Source of the DNA: an uncultured Oscillospiraceae bacterium
GTDB lineage: Bacteria; Bacillota; Clostridia; Oscillospirales; Oscillospiraceae
NCBI GenBank assembly: GCA_964401725.1
Contig: CAYNZM010000002.1
Coordinates: forward strand, 3,711-67,710
Direction: 5' to 3'
DNA length: 64,000 nucleotides
The first letter of the stretch is position 1. Each line of letters opens with the position of its first letter. Shown here one piece after another: positions 47,589-56,537 of the stretch. The position numbers were made by a program, and so were the translations under genes. The notes under the pieces are model-generated. The model ran no database searches. It worked only from the letters and a program-made list of their open reading frames with translations, and had not been told where the DNA came from.

Positions 47589-49832
47589 TCAGCGATTCAC
47601 GCCCAGGGACAGGATCACCGACGGCAGGGACCACAGAAGCATGAAAAGAAGGAGGTTCCCCACGGAGGCGGTGTCGAAGGACCCGGCCCGGGCCAGCAGG
47701 AACAGGATCAGCATGCCGATGACGCTCCCGGCCAGGGCCAGGATGGCGGACAGGCGGCAGGCGGTGTAGACCTTTCGTCCGATCTCGGCGGCTTCCACCA
47801 GGGGCAGCATCCCCGCCCGGGAGAATACGGCGTCGATGGACTCCTGCTGCACCGCCCGACCCATCAGCCGGTAGCGCTCCCGGTAGGAGGGGAAGTTAAA
47901 CTTTTCGGTGGGCAGGCGGAAGAGCCTTCCGATCATCCGGGGGGTGATGTTGAAGTCCCGGATGGCAAAGACGGTCTGGGTCCGGCCCCGCAGCAGGGTC
48001 ACGAGAGCGTCCTGCACGCTGGTGACGGGGATGTACTCCATCACGAAAACGCCCACGAGCTCGCCCTCGACGGCGGTGCAGACGGCGTTTCGGGTCTGCA
48101 TGTTCTGGGGCAGGCGGATGCCCTGGAGGTTCATGAACCCCGCGGAGCCCACGAAGACCCGCTCGCCGCCCACGAGACCGGAAAGGCCGCCGCCCTCATG
48201 GCAGAAAAATTCCTCCACCTCGGGGATGCGGTAGCCCCGGCGGTCCGTCAGCTCCCGGAACAGCCCGGTCAGACCGCTGCCGGAGGCCTCGATGAGAGCT
48301 GCGGTGACGGAGACCACCTTCCCGAGGAAAACGCCCTCCGCGGCGTTGATCTCGGAGAATTTCACGGTGCCGGGAGGGAAGAGGTCCTCGTCCGTGATGA
48401 CCACCCGGCGGTTGCGTCCGATGTCGGCGCAGCCGGCGTATCCGGCGAGAGCGGCTCCGGCGGTCCGGAGACGGCGGGAGGCCGCGGCGTAGGGCAGGGG
48501 GAAGGCGAAAAACGCCGCGAAAGACGTACTGACGCACAGAAGCGCGGAGAAGGTGTGGAGAAGGTCGCCGCCGGATTTCCCCAGGCTCGCGAGGATGGCA
48601 AGCAGGAGAGAGGCTCCCAGCAGGAAAGGCGCGGCGGCGGCGTAGGCCGTGGCGCAGAAATCCTGGGATTCGCTGCGGCGTACGATGCCGTCGGCGGTCT
48701 CCCGGGGAGAGCGCAGCAGGCTGCCCCGCTGGGTCTCGGAGCCGTCGGTGGTTAGGACCGAGGGGGTTTTCGTAGCGGCGGCGGTGAGGAAGGTGCGGCG
48801 CCGGGCGCGGCAGGTGAGGCGCTGGCCCCAGAGGCCCGCGGTCAGTGCCACGGCGGCGATGGCGCAGAAGGGCATGGACCCGGTCTTCGTCACCAGGACC
48901 GCCACCGCGTCCACCGCGGCGAAAAAGGCGGACAGAGACGCCAGGGCCTCCGCCCCGGGCTGCAGGTCAAAAAGCTGCCGCAGACCGGTGGAAAACACGT
49001 CCAGGGCCGCCATGGTCACCGCCAGAAGCAGCACGAGGCTCACCCCCGCCTGGAGGGGCAGGCTCCGGCCCAGCATCCCTGCCATGGGCAGCCGAAAGCC
49101 GATCCAGGCCAGCACCAGCGTGAGGCCCAGAGCGATCCGCAGCCGCAGGGTCAGGTCTCCCAGCAGGGAGGCGTAGTACTTCGCGGCCTTGCCGGGCCGC
49201 AGCTCCGGGGTCTCCCGGATGTCCACCGGGTCAGGCCAGTTGGCGGCCTCCTGGGTCTGCATCTGCCGCCGGGCCAGCATGGTGGCGATGCGGCGCACCA
49301 GCGGCGTCAGAACCCGCTGGACAGCGGAGGGCTTATCCGGCTCCGAGGGCAGTTTTTTCGGCCTCTCCGGGGCGGGTGCATCCGAGGGCGGTTCCTCTGC
49401 CGGGACCTCCTCCGGGGCGTCCTCGGCCTCCTCCGGGGCCTCCGATACAGGGCGGTCATATTGCAGGGTGATGATGCCGTCCTCGCCCTTGATCACCCGG
49501 GGACGGACGGGTTCCGACTCCGGTTTCGGCTCTGGCTCCGGAGCCGGTTCGGGCTCCGGCTCCGGGTGTTCCGCCCGGTATTTGCGCAGGGTCTCCCCCA
49601 GGGCGTTCATGGCGGCCTGTCGGGAGCGGGCGGCGATCTCCTCCGCTGTCTCGGGGGGAGCCTCCGGCTCCGAAACAGGCTCCGGTTCCGGAGTTTTCTC
49701 CACGACAAATACCGGCTCCGCTGGCATTTGACGGGGAGCCGGTGGGTTCTTTCGGGCATACTCCTGCAAAAGGTCCATCACGGAGTATTCGCCGTAGTCC
49801 GGGGTGAAGTCTACGGTGCGGTGATCACTCAT
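47589..49832 (-). CDS. Membrane protein homologous to P1B-type ATPases but lacking all catalytic motifs, with an acidic Pro/Glu-rich N-terminal region
   Basis: By eye the sequence is colinear with CopA-type ATPases. It has VVITDEDLFPPGT where DKTGT is expected, CVSTSF where CPC is expected and IRDFNIT where TGDN is expected. No TGES or GDGxND motif is present. Its start overlaps the rlmB stop by 8 nt. Confidence 0.7.
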   Translation of the reverse strand: MSDHRTVDFTPDYGEYSVMDLLQEYARKNPPAPRQMPAEPVFVVEKTPEPEPVSEPEAPPETAEEIAARSRQAAMNALGETLRKYRAEHPEPEPEPAPEPEPKPESEPVRPRVIKGEDGIITLQYDRPVSEAPEEAEDAPEEVPAEEPPSDAPAPERPKKLPSEPDKPSAVQRVLTPLVRRIATMLARRQMQTQEAANWPDPVDIRETPELRPGKAAKYYASLLGDLTLRLRIALGLTLVLAWIGFRLPMAGMLGRSLPLQAGVSLVLLLAVTMAALDVFSTGLRQLFDLQPGAEALASLSAFFAAVDAVAVLVTKTGSMPFCAIAAVALTAGLWGQRLTCRARRRTFLTAAATKTPSVLTTDGSETQRGSLLRSPRETADGIVRRSESQDFCATAYAAAAPFLLGASLLLAILASLGKSGGDLLHTFSALLCVSTSFAAFFAFPLPYAAASRRLRTAGAALAGYAGCADIGRNRRVVITDEDLFPPGTVKFSEINAAEGVFLGKVVSVTAALIEASGSGLTGLFRELTDRRGYRIPEVEEFFCHEGGGLSGLVGGERVFVGSAGFMNLQGIRLPQNMQTRNAVCTAVEGELVGVFVMEYIPVTSVQDALVTLLRGRTQTVFAIRDFNITPRMIGRLFRLPTEKFNFPSYRERYRLMGRAVQQESIDAVFSRAGMLPLVEAAEIGRKVYTACRLSAILALAGSVIGMLILFLLARAGSFDTASVGNLLLFMLLWSLPSVILSLGVNR

Positions 49833-50568
49833 GGCGCTGCCTCACGACCTCGTACAGCAGGATAGCGGCGGCGACGGAGGCGTTCAGGGAGTTCACCTGC
49901 CCGGCCATGGGGATGGAGAGGATGAAATCGCAGCTCTCCCGCACCAGCCTGGACAGCCCCCGGCCCTCCGAGCCGATGACGAGGCAGATGGGACCTTTCA
50001 TGTCCGTCTTCCAGAGGGGAGCGCTGCCGTCGGCCTCCGCGCCGTAGACCCAGATGCCGGATTTCTTGAGGTCCGCCAGGGTGTTGGTGAGGTTTGCGGC
50101 CCGGGCGATGAGCATATGCTCCGCGGCACCGGCGCTGGCCTTGTCGGCGGCGGCGGTGATGCCCGCGCTGTGATGACGGGGGATGATGACTCCGTGGGCA
50201 CCGGCGCATTCGGCGCAGCGGATGACAGCCCCCAGGTTCCGGGGGTCCTCCAGCCCGTCGCAGACCACGATAAAGGGGTCCTCGCCCTTCTCCTTCGCGT
50301 GGGCCAGGATGTCCTCCGCCGAGCAATATTCCTTCGCGGCGGCCACGGCGATGACGCCCTGGTGCGCGCCGTTCGTGGCGCTCATGCCGTCCAGCTTGCG
50401 TCGGTCGCATTCCGTAACGGGGATGCCGGCGTTTTTCGCGTTGGAGGCGATGAAGCCCAGAGCCTTGTCCCCGGAGCCCTTGGCAAGGAAGATCTTGTCC
50501 AGGGGTCGTCCGGCCCGGAGGGCTTCGATGACGGCGTTCTTGCCTTCTATGATGTTTTCTTCTGACAT
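49825..50568 (-). CDS. rlmB: 23S rRNA (guanosine2251-2'-O)-methyltransferase RlmB (SpoU/TrmH family)
   Basis: NLGAVIRCAECAGAHGVII, LVIGSEGRGLS and IPMAGQVNSLNASVAAAILLYE motifs. The start could be 50574 instead. Confidence 0.85.
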   Translation of the reverse strand: MSEENIIEGKNAVIEALRAGRPLDKIFLAKGSGDKALGFIASNAKNAGIPVTECDRRKLDGMSATNGAHQGVIAVAAAKEYCSAEDILAHAKEKGEDPFIVVCDGLEDPRNLGAVIRCAECAGAHGVIIPRHHSAGITAAADKASAGAAEHMLIARAANLTNTLADLKKSGIWVYGAEADGSAPLWKTDMKGPICLVIGSEGRGLSRLVRESCDFILSIPMAGQVNSLNASVAAAILLYEVVRQRHE

Positions 50569-50691
50569 ATTCATACAAAAACCACTATACCACAATCTTC
50601 CCGGATTGGAAAGCGGCATATTCAAAAAATCCGGCGGTAAATTGTGGACTTTTTTGCCGGAACAGGGTATGATAGACGGGAGGTGAATTCT

Positions 50692-51564
50692 ATGCGAGCG
50701 CTCAATACCAAAATAGACCGCTTCTGCCTTGCCCATCCCCGGTTCGGCATCCCGCGGCTCATGCTGTACATCGTCATCGGAAACGTCCTCGTCTGGGTTT
50801 TCGGGCTCATGGACACCACGAACACGCTGTATTCTCTGCTGTACTTCGATCCCGCGCTGTTCTGCCGGGGTCAGGTCTGGCGGATCGTGACCTACGTCCT
50901 CGTGCCCACCTCCAGCGGTGTGCTGTGGCTGGCGGTGTCGCTGTACTTTTATTATTTCATCGGCTCCGCTCTGGAAAACGCATGGGGTGCGGGGAAGTTC
51001 ACGATTTACTATTTCAGCGGCCTTCTTCTGACGGCGCTGTATTCCCTCGTCGTCTACTGGCTGGGCGGGAGACGCATCCTGGTTTCCGCCACGTATCTGA
51101 ACCTCTCCCTGTTTTTCGCCTTCGCGACCCTATGGCCGGAGCAGCGTGTCCTTCTGTTTTTTATCATCCCGGTGAAGATGAAGTGGCTGGCTTGGGCGGA
51201 TGCCGCGCTGTTTGCCGTGGAGTTCGTCATGGCGCTGCTCGCGGGGCAGATCGGCTATGCTTTCATCCCCGTGGTGGCTATGGGAGCCTATCTCGTCTTC
51301 TGCGGGGAGTGGCTTTTCGACCGCGTCCGGCCCAGCCGGGTGAAGCAGGCCGCCAAGCAGAAGGCCCGGACCATCGAGTTCAAGCAGGCAGCCCAGCGCA
51401 TCCACCGCGAGCAGGCCGCCGCGGGCTACACCCGCAAATGCGCCGTCTGCGGCCGGACCGACGCGGACAATCCCGGCCTGGAATTCCGCTTCTGCAGCCG
51501 CTGCGCGGGCTATCATTGCTTCTGTGCCGACCACATCAACAACCACGTCCATTTTACGGAGTGA
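50692..51564 (+). CDS. Rhomboid-like membrane protein with a C-terminal Cys/His zinc-ribbon tail
   Basis: QVWRIVTYVLVP...YFYYFIGSALENAWGAGKF aligns with the rhomboid WR/GxxxE region. No TM6 His was seen. The tail is CAVCG...CSRCAGYHCFCADH. GGGAGG lies 8 nt before the ATG. Confidence 0.6.
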   Translation: MRALNTKIDRFCLAHPRFGIPRLMLYIVIGNVLVWVFGLMDTTNTLYSLLYFDPALFCRGQVWRIVTYVLVPTSSGVLWLAVSLYFYYFIGSALENAWGAGKFTIYYFSGLLLTALYSLVVYWLGGRRILVSATYLNLSLFFAFATLWPEQRVLLFFIIPVKMKWLAWADAALFAVEFVMALLAGQIGYAFIPVVAMGAYLVFCGEWLFDRVRPSRVKQAAKQKARTIEFKQAAQRIHREQAAAGYTRKCAVCGRTDADNPGLEFRFCSRCAGYHCFCADHINNHVHFTE

Positions 51565-51601
51565 AGTAAGAAAGAAACTATAGAGATCGGGAACGAAAGC
51601 T

Positions 51602-53368
51602 ATGTCACGAAAGGAAGTCCGCGGGTGGTTTTTGAAGCTCGCGATATTCACGGCGCTGCTGGTGTGCCTGGGGACGCTGCTGTACGGCACGGCCTCCATG
51701 CTGGCGGAGGAGGGAAGTGCTCTCGCGGAGATCACGGAGAGCGCTGCCTACGCCTCTCCTACGCCGTCCCCCACGCCCACCCCCACCCCCACGCCGACAC
51801 CCACGCCGTCCCCCACGCCGGAGCCTACCCCGGTGCCCACGCCCCTGCCGGAGTTCTCGCCGGTGCGGAGCGTTTCGGAGGTCATCACCTCCACCCGCAT
51901 CGCCGTGGACGGGGAGCTCGTGGAAAACTATCAGGCGGATGACGCCCACCGCATCGACTTCGGCGGCGCGAGCGACTATACGTCCGTGAAGGGCATCATC
52001 ACCTTCCGGGGGAACAACTTCCGGGATACCGCCCAGTACGGCGTCGCGGAGATCGCGGACCGGCGCTTCGGGGACCACTGGCGGGTGGGGACGGACGGTC
52101 TCAGCTCCACCAGCGGCGGCTACTGGGGCGGCAGCGGCTGGACCGGGCAGCCCCTCATCGTGGAGTGGCCGGACAGCACGAAGCAGATCATGAACATGTA
52201 TGACTGGGCCAAGGAAAAGGACGGTCTTGTGGAGGTCATCTACTGCACGCTGGACGGATACGTCTACTTCCTGGACCTGGACACCGGGGACTACACCCGG
52301 GACCGCCTGTATCTCGGCTGGTCCTTCAAGGGAGCCGGAGCCCTGGACCCCCGGGGGTATCCCATCCTCTATGTGGGCGGCGGCCTTGCGAACAATTACG
52401 GCGAGCTGCCCCGGGTCCTGGTCGTGAGCCTTATCGACGGCTCGGTCCTCCACACCTTCGGAAACTACGACACCTTCTCGCCCCGGCCGGACTGGTCCGC
52501 CTTTGACAGCTCCGCCCTGGTGGACGCGGAGACGGATCAGCTCATCTACCCCGGCGAGAACGGCGTCCTCTACCTCGTGAAGCTGAACACGCGCTACGAC
52601 GAGGCCGCGGGGACTCTGTACATCGACCCGGAGGAGGTGAAATTCACCTTCGAGTCCGACTCCGCGAAGGACATGCTCTACGGCATGGAGGACAGCTCGA
52701 TCATCTGGCGGGGGCATCTCTTCCTCGCGGACAACGGCGGGGACTTCATCTGCCTGGATCTGAACACTCTCGAGATCGAGTGGCGCTTCGACTGCCTGGA
52801 CGACACGAATTGCACCGGTGTCCTGGAGGTGGACGGCACGGGCCGTCCGTACATCTACCTCTCCACCTCCTTCCACCTGGGCTTCCGAAGCTGGAGTTCC
52901 GCCACGATCCCGGTCTGGAAGATCGACGCCGTGACCGGGCGGGAGGTCTGGCACCACGACTATACCTGCTACTCCGAGGAGGGCCTCTCCGGCGGCGTGC
53001 AGGGGTCCCTGGCCCTGGGGAAGGGGAGCCTCGACGGCATCCTTTACGTCTCTATGGCGCGGCATCCGAACGGCTACAACGGCCAGCTCCTCGCGCTGGA
53101 CACCGCCACGGGCGACGAGCTCTGGACCTTCACCTCCGACAGCTATTCCTGGTCCACGCCCACCTGCTTCTACGACCGGGACGGGCATGGCTATGTGCTG
53201 TACGCCAGCTGCATCCAGGGAAAGCTCTACTGGCTGGACGGCCTGGACGGCACGCTGTACGACGTGTATCCCTTCGGCTGCACCACGGAGGCCAGCCCGG
53301 TGGTCTACAACAACACCGTGGTCATGGGCACGCGAAACCAGGAGCTCCTCGGCATCACCCTGACATGA
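51602..53368 (+). CDS. Membrane-anchored PQQ-like (BamB-type) beta-propeller repeat protein
   Basis: N-terminal TM segment, a (PT)n linker, then repeated blades ending in DG.LY..D..TG pattern (DGYVYFLDLDTGD, KLYWLDGLDGT, LLALDTATGDELW). Confidence 0.7.
   Translation: MSRKEVRGWFLKLAIFTALLVCLGTLLYGTASMLAEEGSALAEITESAAYASPTPSPTPTPTPTPTPTPSPTPEPTPVPTPLPEFSPVRSVSEVITSTRIAVDGELVENYQADDAHRIDFGGASDYTSVKGIITFRGNNFRDTAQYGVAEIADRRFGDHWRVGTDGLSSTSGGYWGGSGWTGQPLIVEWPDSTKQIMNMYDWAKEKDGLVEVIYCTLDGYVYFLDLDTGDYTRDRLYLGWSFKGAGALDPRGYPILYVGGGLANNYGELPRVLVVSLIDGSVLHTFGNYDTFSPRPDWSAFDSSALVDAETDQLIYPGENGVLYLVKLNTRYDEAAGTLYIDPEEVKFTFESDSAKDMLYGMEDSSIIWRGHLFLADNGGDFICLDLNTLEIEWRFDCLDDTNCTGVLEVDGTGRPYIYLSTSFHLGFRSWSSATIPVWKIDAVTGREVWHHDYTCYSEEGLSGGVQGSLALGKGSLDGILYVSMARHPNGYNGQLLALDTATGDELWTFTSDSYSWSTPTCFYDRDGHGYVLYASCIQGKLYWLDGLDGTLYDVYPFGCTTEASPVVYNNTVVMGTRNQELLGITLT
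51755..51844 (+). repeat. Low-complexity coding repeat encoding (Pro-Thr/Ser)n linker
   Basis: It encodes SPTPSPTPTPTPTPTPTPSPTPEPTPVPTP. The nucleotide sequence is reiterated CCCACGCC-type units. Confidence 0.6.
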
Positions 53369-53374
53369 AAATAA

Positions 53375-53404
53375 TACCGCCTGCGGTTTTCCACGCAGGC
53401 GGTA
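53375..53404. terminator. Hairpin between convergent beta-propeller and acyltransferase genes
   Basis: TACCGCCTGCG-loop-CGCAGGCGGTA. Confidence 0.5.
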
Positions 53405-53418
53405 ATTCTGTATGCGGT

Positions 53419-54525
53419 TTACTGTGCGTTCATGGGTTCCTGGGTGCAGACGGATTTGATCCATTTGATCATGGCGTTGTACCAGTCGTTGAAGACGGGA
53501 AGCCCCAGCAGGCTCATGACCCCGACGCCCACGAGAAGCGCCACGGGGACCGTCACATACCACTGATTGAGACCCGGAGCCGCGGCAAACACCAGGGCGT
53601 AGACGTTCCGCATGAACATGATGACGTAGGTGTGCAGCAGGTACGGGACCATGGTCCGGGTACCGCCGTCCCGCAGGACGGGCAGCGACCTGTCCGGTAT
53701 GAACACGAACAGGAAGATGATCTGCAGGAAGGACACGCCGTACCCCAGGACCCGGAGCAGCAGACCCTTTCCGATGCCGTAGGAGAACAGGGCAAATTCC
53801 GGATGGGCGGGATCACCCTGGAAGGAGGCCCAGTAGTAGAAGAAGTCGATGTGGAAAACGCCCTTCACGTTCAGCCAGCCCCACACGCCCAGGACCGCCA
53901 TGGTGGCGATGAGCACCGGGACCTTCGGGAGGTTTTCGAGCTTTCGTACGTCCTCCCGGCTGAGCTTCATGCCGATGAGGTAAAACGGCAGAAACCCGAT
54001 GGTGCGGCTGATGCTCATGAAATGCCCCACGTCCGGGCAGAACGCTCCCACGAGAAGCGCCACGGCGAAGGAGATCGGCACGATGTACTTGATTTGCTGA
54101 AGGGCTTTTGTCAGCAGCTTCCAGAAGAACATGCACATAAGGTACCAGTACGCGAACGTCGGGGTAAAGAGGTTCTGAGCGCTGGTGCCGTAGCACAGGA
54201 CGAAGAGGCTGTTGAAGATGAGGTACGGTACCAGAAAATCGAAGATCGCGCTCTGGTAGCATTTATAGCCCTTTTTGGAGAAGTACCCGGAGATAAAGCA
54301 GAACCCGGGCATGGTGATCATCCGGGACCAGCAGACGATGACGGTGACGAGCCAGTGGGCGGTGATGTTCACCGGGGCGGCGCCGGAGCCGACGCCGGTC
54401 TGGGTGAGCATGTGCTCCGCGATGACGTTGAACAGAAGGATGTAGCGGATGTTATCGGCCCGGAACCAGCGGGCCTTGGGCGCGGCTACGGCAGCGCCGG
54501 GCAGAGGAGCGGCGATGGTTTCCAT
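53419..54525 (-). CDS. Acyltransferase-3 family integral membrane O-acyltransferase
   Basis: The RWFRADNIRYILLFNVIAEH start is typical of the family, and about 10 TM segments follow. AAGGAGA lies 7 nt before ATG 54525. Confidence 0.75.
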   Translation of the reverse strand: METIAAPLPGAAVAAPKARWFRADNIRYILLFNVIAEHMLTQTGVGSGAAPVNITAHWLVTVIVCWSRMITMPGFCFISGYFSKKGYKCYQSAIFDFLVPYLIFNSLFVLCYGTSAQNLFTPTFAYWYLMCMFFWKLLTKALQQIKYIVPISFAVALLVGAFCPDVGHFMSISRTIGFLPFYLIGMKLSREDVRKLENLPKVPVLIATMAVLGVWGWLNVKGVFHIDFFYYWASFQGDPAHPEFALFSYGIGKGLLLRVLGYGVSFLQIIFLFVFIPDRSLPVLRDGGTRTMVPYLLHTYVIMFMRNVYALVFAAAPGLNQWYVTVPVALLVGVGVMSLLGLPVFNDWYNAMIKWIKSVCTQEPMNAQ

Positions 54526-54646
54526 ATGTCTGTCTCCTTGGAAAAATTCACTCCCTCGATTATAAAATCTTTTATTTTTCCCGTCAATAGGCAACTTCAT
54601 CCGGGATTTGGGTGAAAAATATCCCGTCTCCGGTGCCGGGAAGCGG

Positions 54647-54675
54647 TTGTAATCCCGTGGAAAGCGTGGTACAAT
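54647..54675 (+). promoter_or_regulatory. Candidate promoter of the envelope-decoration operon (TTGTAA-17-TACAAT with TGg extension)
   Basis: Read directly from the sequence, 84 nt upstream of ATG 54759. Confidence 0.5.
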
Positions 54676-54758
54676 TTATATATTTGGTGGACAGGCCGGT
54701 TTGCGTTTTGTTAATCACGCTTAACGGCTGTTAATCTTATTCCAGAGAGGACTTCGCC

Positions 54759-56519
54759 ATGAACGACAATCCCGACCGCGGTACGTACTGGCAGGGCTGG
54801 CGGAAGCGGTTCCTTACCCTTCTGGCTCCGGCGTTCCTTATGAGCTTCACCGTGGTCTTTTTCGGACCGCTGGACATCGTGAACGCGAACCAGGCGTACC
54901 TTACCTTCTCGGCGGGGAGCCTGGTGCCGGCCTTCGGTCTTGCGACGCTGGGCATCACCCTGGTCATCGCGGCGGTGTTTGCCCTGCTCCCCGGAAGGGC
55001 CCGGGGCATCGCCATGGGGCTTCTTTTGGGACTCGCGGTGATGGCGTATCTCCAGGGGTCGTTCCTCAATGGCGACGTTCTGCAGAAGCTGGACGGCAAC
55101 ACCTTCGACTGGCACGACTTCCCCCGGCAGGCCACCCGGAACCTCCTGCTGTGGCTCGCGGTGCTGGCGGGGCTTTCGGTGCTGGGGCTGTTCTTCCCGG
55201 AGCAGGCCCGGACCGTGACCCTCATCGCGTCTCTCGCGCTGGTGGCGGCCCAGGCCGTGGCCCTTGTGACCACCTGGGTGCCGGAGGACCGCTCGGAGCC
55301 CAATCTGCAGCTCTCCGGCGCGGACCAGTTCACGTTTTCCACGGACGAGAACATTATTTTCATCACCCTCGACCAGTTCAATCCCCTGATCTTCGAGGAG
55401 CAGCTCGCCGCCGACCCCTCTCTGGAGGAGACGTTCAAGGACTTCCTGTACTTCGACAACATGTCCTCCTGCTACTCCTTCACCTTCCCGAGCCTCCTGT
55501 ACCTCGCGACGCACCAGTACTTCGACACCACCGTCCCCACCCGGCAGGCGGTGTATAACGCCTGGCACAGCGACTCCGCCGCGGGCTTCTTCGACGCCCT
55601 GCATGAAAACGGCTACGAGGCGAACCTCTACATGGAATCGAACTATGCCGCTCTCGGCGCGGAGAACATGCTGGGCAAGGCGGACAACGTGGTGGAGGCG
55701 GGACGACTTGTGGTGACGCCGCTGTTTTTTGAGTTCGTTCTCGACATGTCCCTCTATCGCTACATGCCCATCATGCTCAAAAACGATTTCTGCGTCTCCA
55801 CCGGCGGCATCGTGGACATCTCCACCTTCCAGGGGGTCACGAAGCTCCGCATCAACTACGACTTCCGCTCCTCCCTGGAGGAGGAGGGCATCACCCTCAC
55901 GGACGAGCACAGCATGTTCCAGTGGTACCACATGGCCGGAGCGCATTTCCCGTATGTCGTGGACTACGACGGCTACCTATGCGACGAGGACGAGTCCGAT
56001 CGCGAAACAGCGCTGCACGGCTATCTCGTGATGCTGGATACGTTCTTCCAATACCTGAAGGACGCCGGGGTCTACGACGACGCGGCCATCATCATCTCCG
56101 CCGACCACGGGTATTTCGAGTGCTTCCAGACCGTCGGCATGATCAAGCTCCCCGGCGAGCACCGGGACGAGATGGAGATTTCCTCCGCGCCGGTGGCCCA
56201 GGAGGACGTGATGCCCACGATCCTCTCCCTGCTGGGGAAGGACTACGAGGACTACGGCACGACGTTCTTCGACTGGTCCGAGGGTGACCACCGCATCCGC
56301 TGCACGCGGGTCTGGGGGTACATGACCCAGTACCCGGAGGTGGATTGGATCGGGAACCTGGACCAGTGGGACGCGGAGGCCAACGGCTTCGAGCGGTACA
56401 ACGTCTTCGGCGTGTTCTTCTACGACGGCGACCGGGACGATATTCTCTACAAGGAACGCTATTGGTACAATTACGGCTACGCGGACCTCATCGAGCCCTT
56501 GTACGACAGCTTCTACTGA
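54759..56519 (+). CDS. LtaS/EptA-like alkaline-phosphatase-superfamily membrane enzyme (phospho-headgroup transferase)
   Basis: About 5 N-terminal TM segments are followed by an extracytoplasmic domain. It carries IIFITLDQF (metal ligand), YSFTFPS (candidate Thr nucleophile), WYHMAGAHFPY and IIISADHGY. Confidence 0.7.
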   Translation: MNDNPDRGTYWQGWRKRFLTLLAPAFLMSFTVVFFGPLDIVNANQAYLTFSAGSLVPAFGLATLGITLVIAAVFALLPGRARGIAMGLLLGLAVMAYLQGSFLNGDVLQKLDGNTFDWHDFPRQATRNLLLWLAVLAGLSVLGLFFPEQARTVTLIASLALVAAQAVALVTTWVPEDRSEPNLQLSGADQFTFSTDENIIFITLDQFNPLIFEEQLAADPSLEETFKDFLYFDNMSSCYSFTFPSLLYLATHQYFDTTVPTRQAVYNAWHSDSAAGFFDALHENGYEANLYMESNYAALGAENMLGKADNVVEAGRLVVTPLFFEFVLDMSLYRYMPIMLKNDFCVSTGGIVDISTFQGVTKLRINYDFRSSLEEEGITLTDEHSMFQWYHMAGAHFPYVVDYDGYLCDEDESDRETALHGYLVMLDTFFQYLKDAGVYDDAAIIISADHGYFECFQTVGMIKLPGEHRDEMEISSAPVAQEDVMPTILSLLGKDYEDYGTTFFDWSEGDHRIRCTRVWGYMTQYPEVDWIGNLDQWDAEANGFERYNVFGVFFYDGDRDDILYKERYWYNYGYADLIEPLYDSFY

Positions 56520-56537
56520 TCCTGTGAGGCACGGAAC

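Noticed and set aside
51755-51844. Short tandem nucleotide repeats, checked as a possible CRISPR array or minisatellite
   Set aside because: The repeats are in frame inside a CDS and encode a (Pro-Thr)n linker. The units are only about 6-12 nt with no spacer structure and no cas genes. No CRISPR array exists anywhere in the window.
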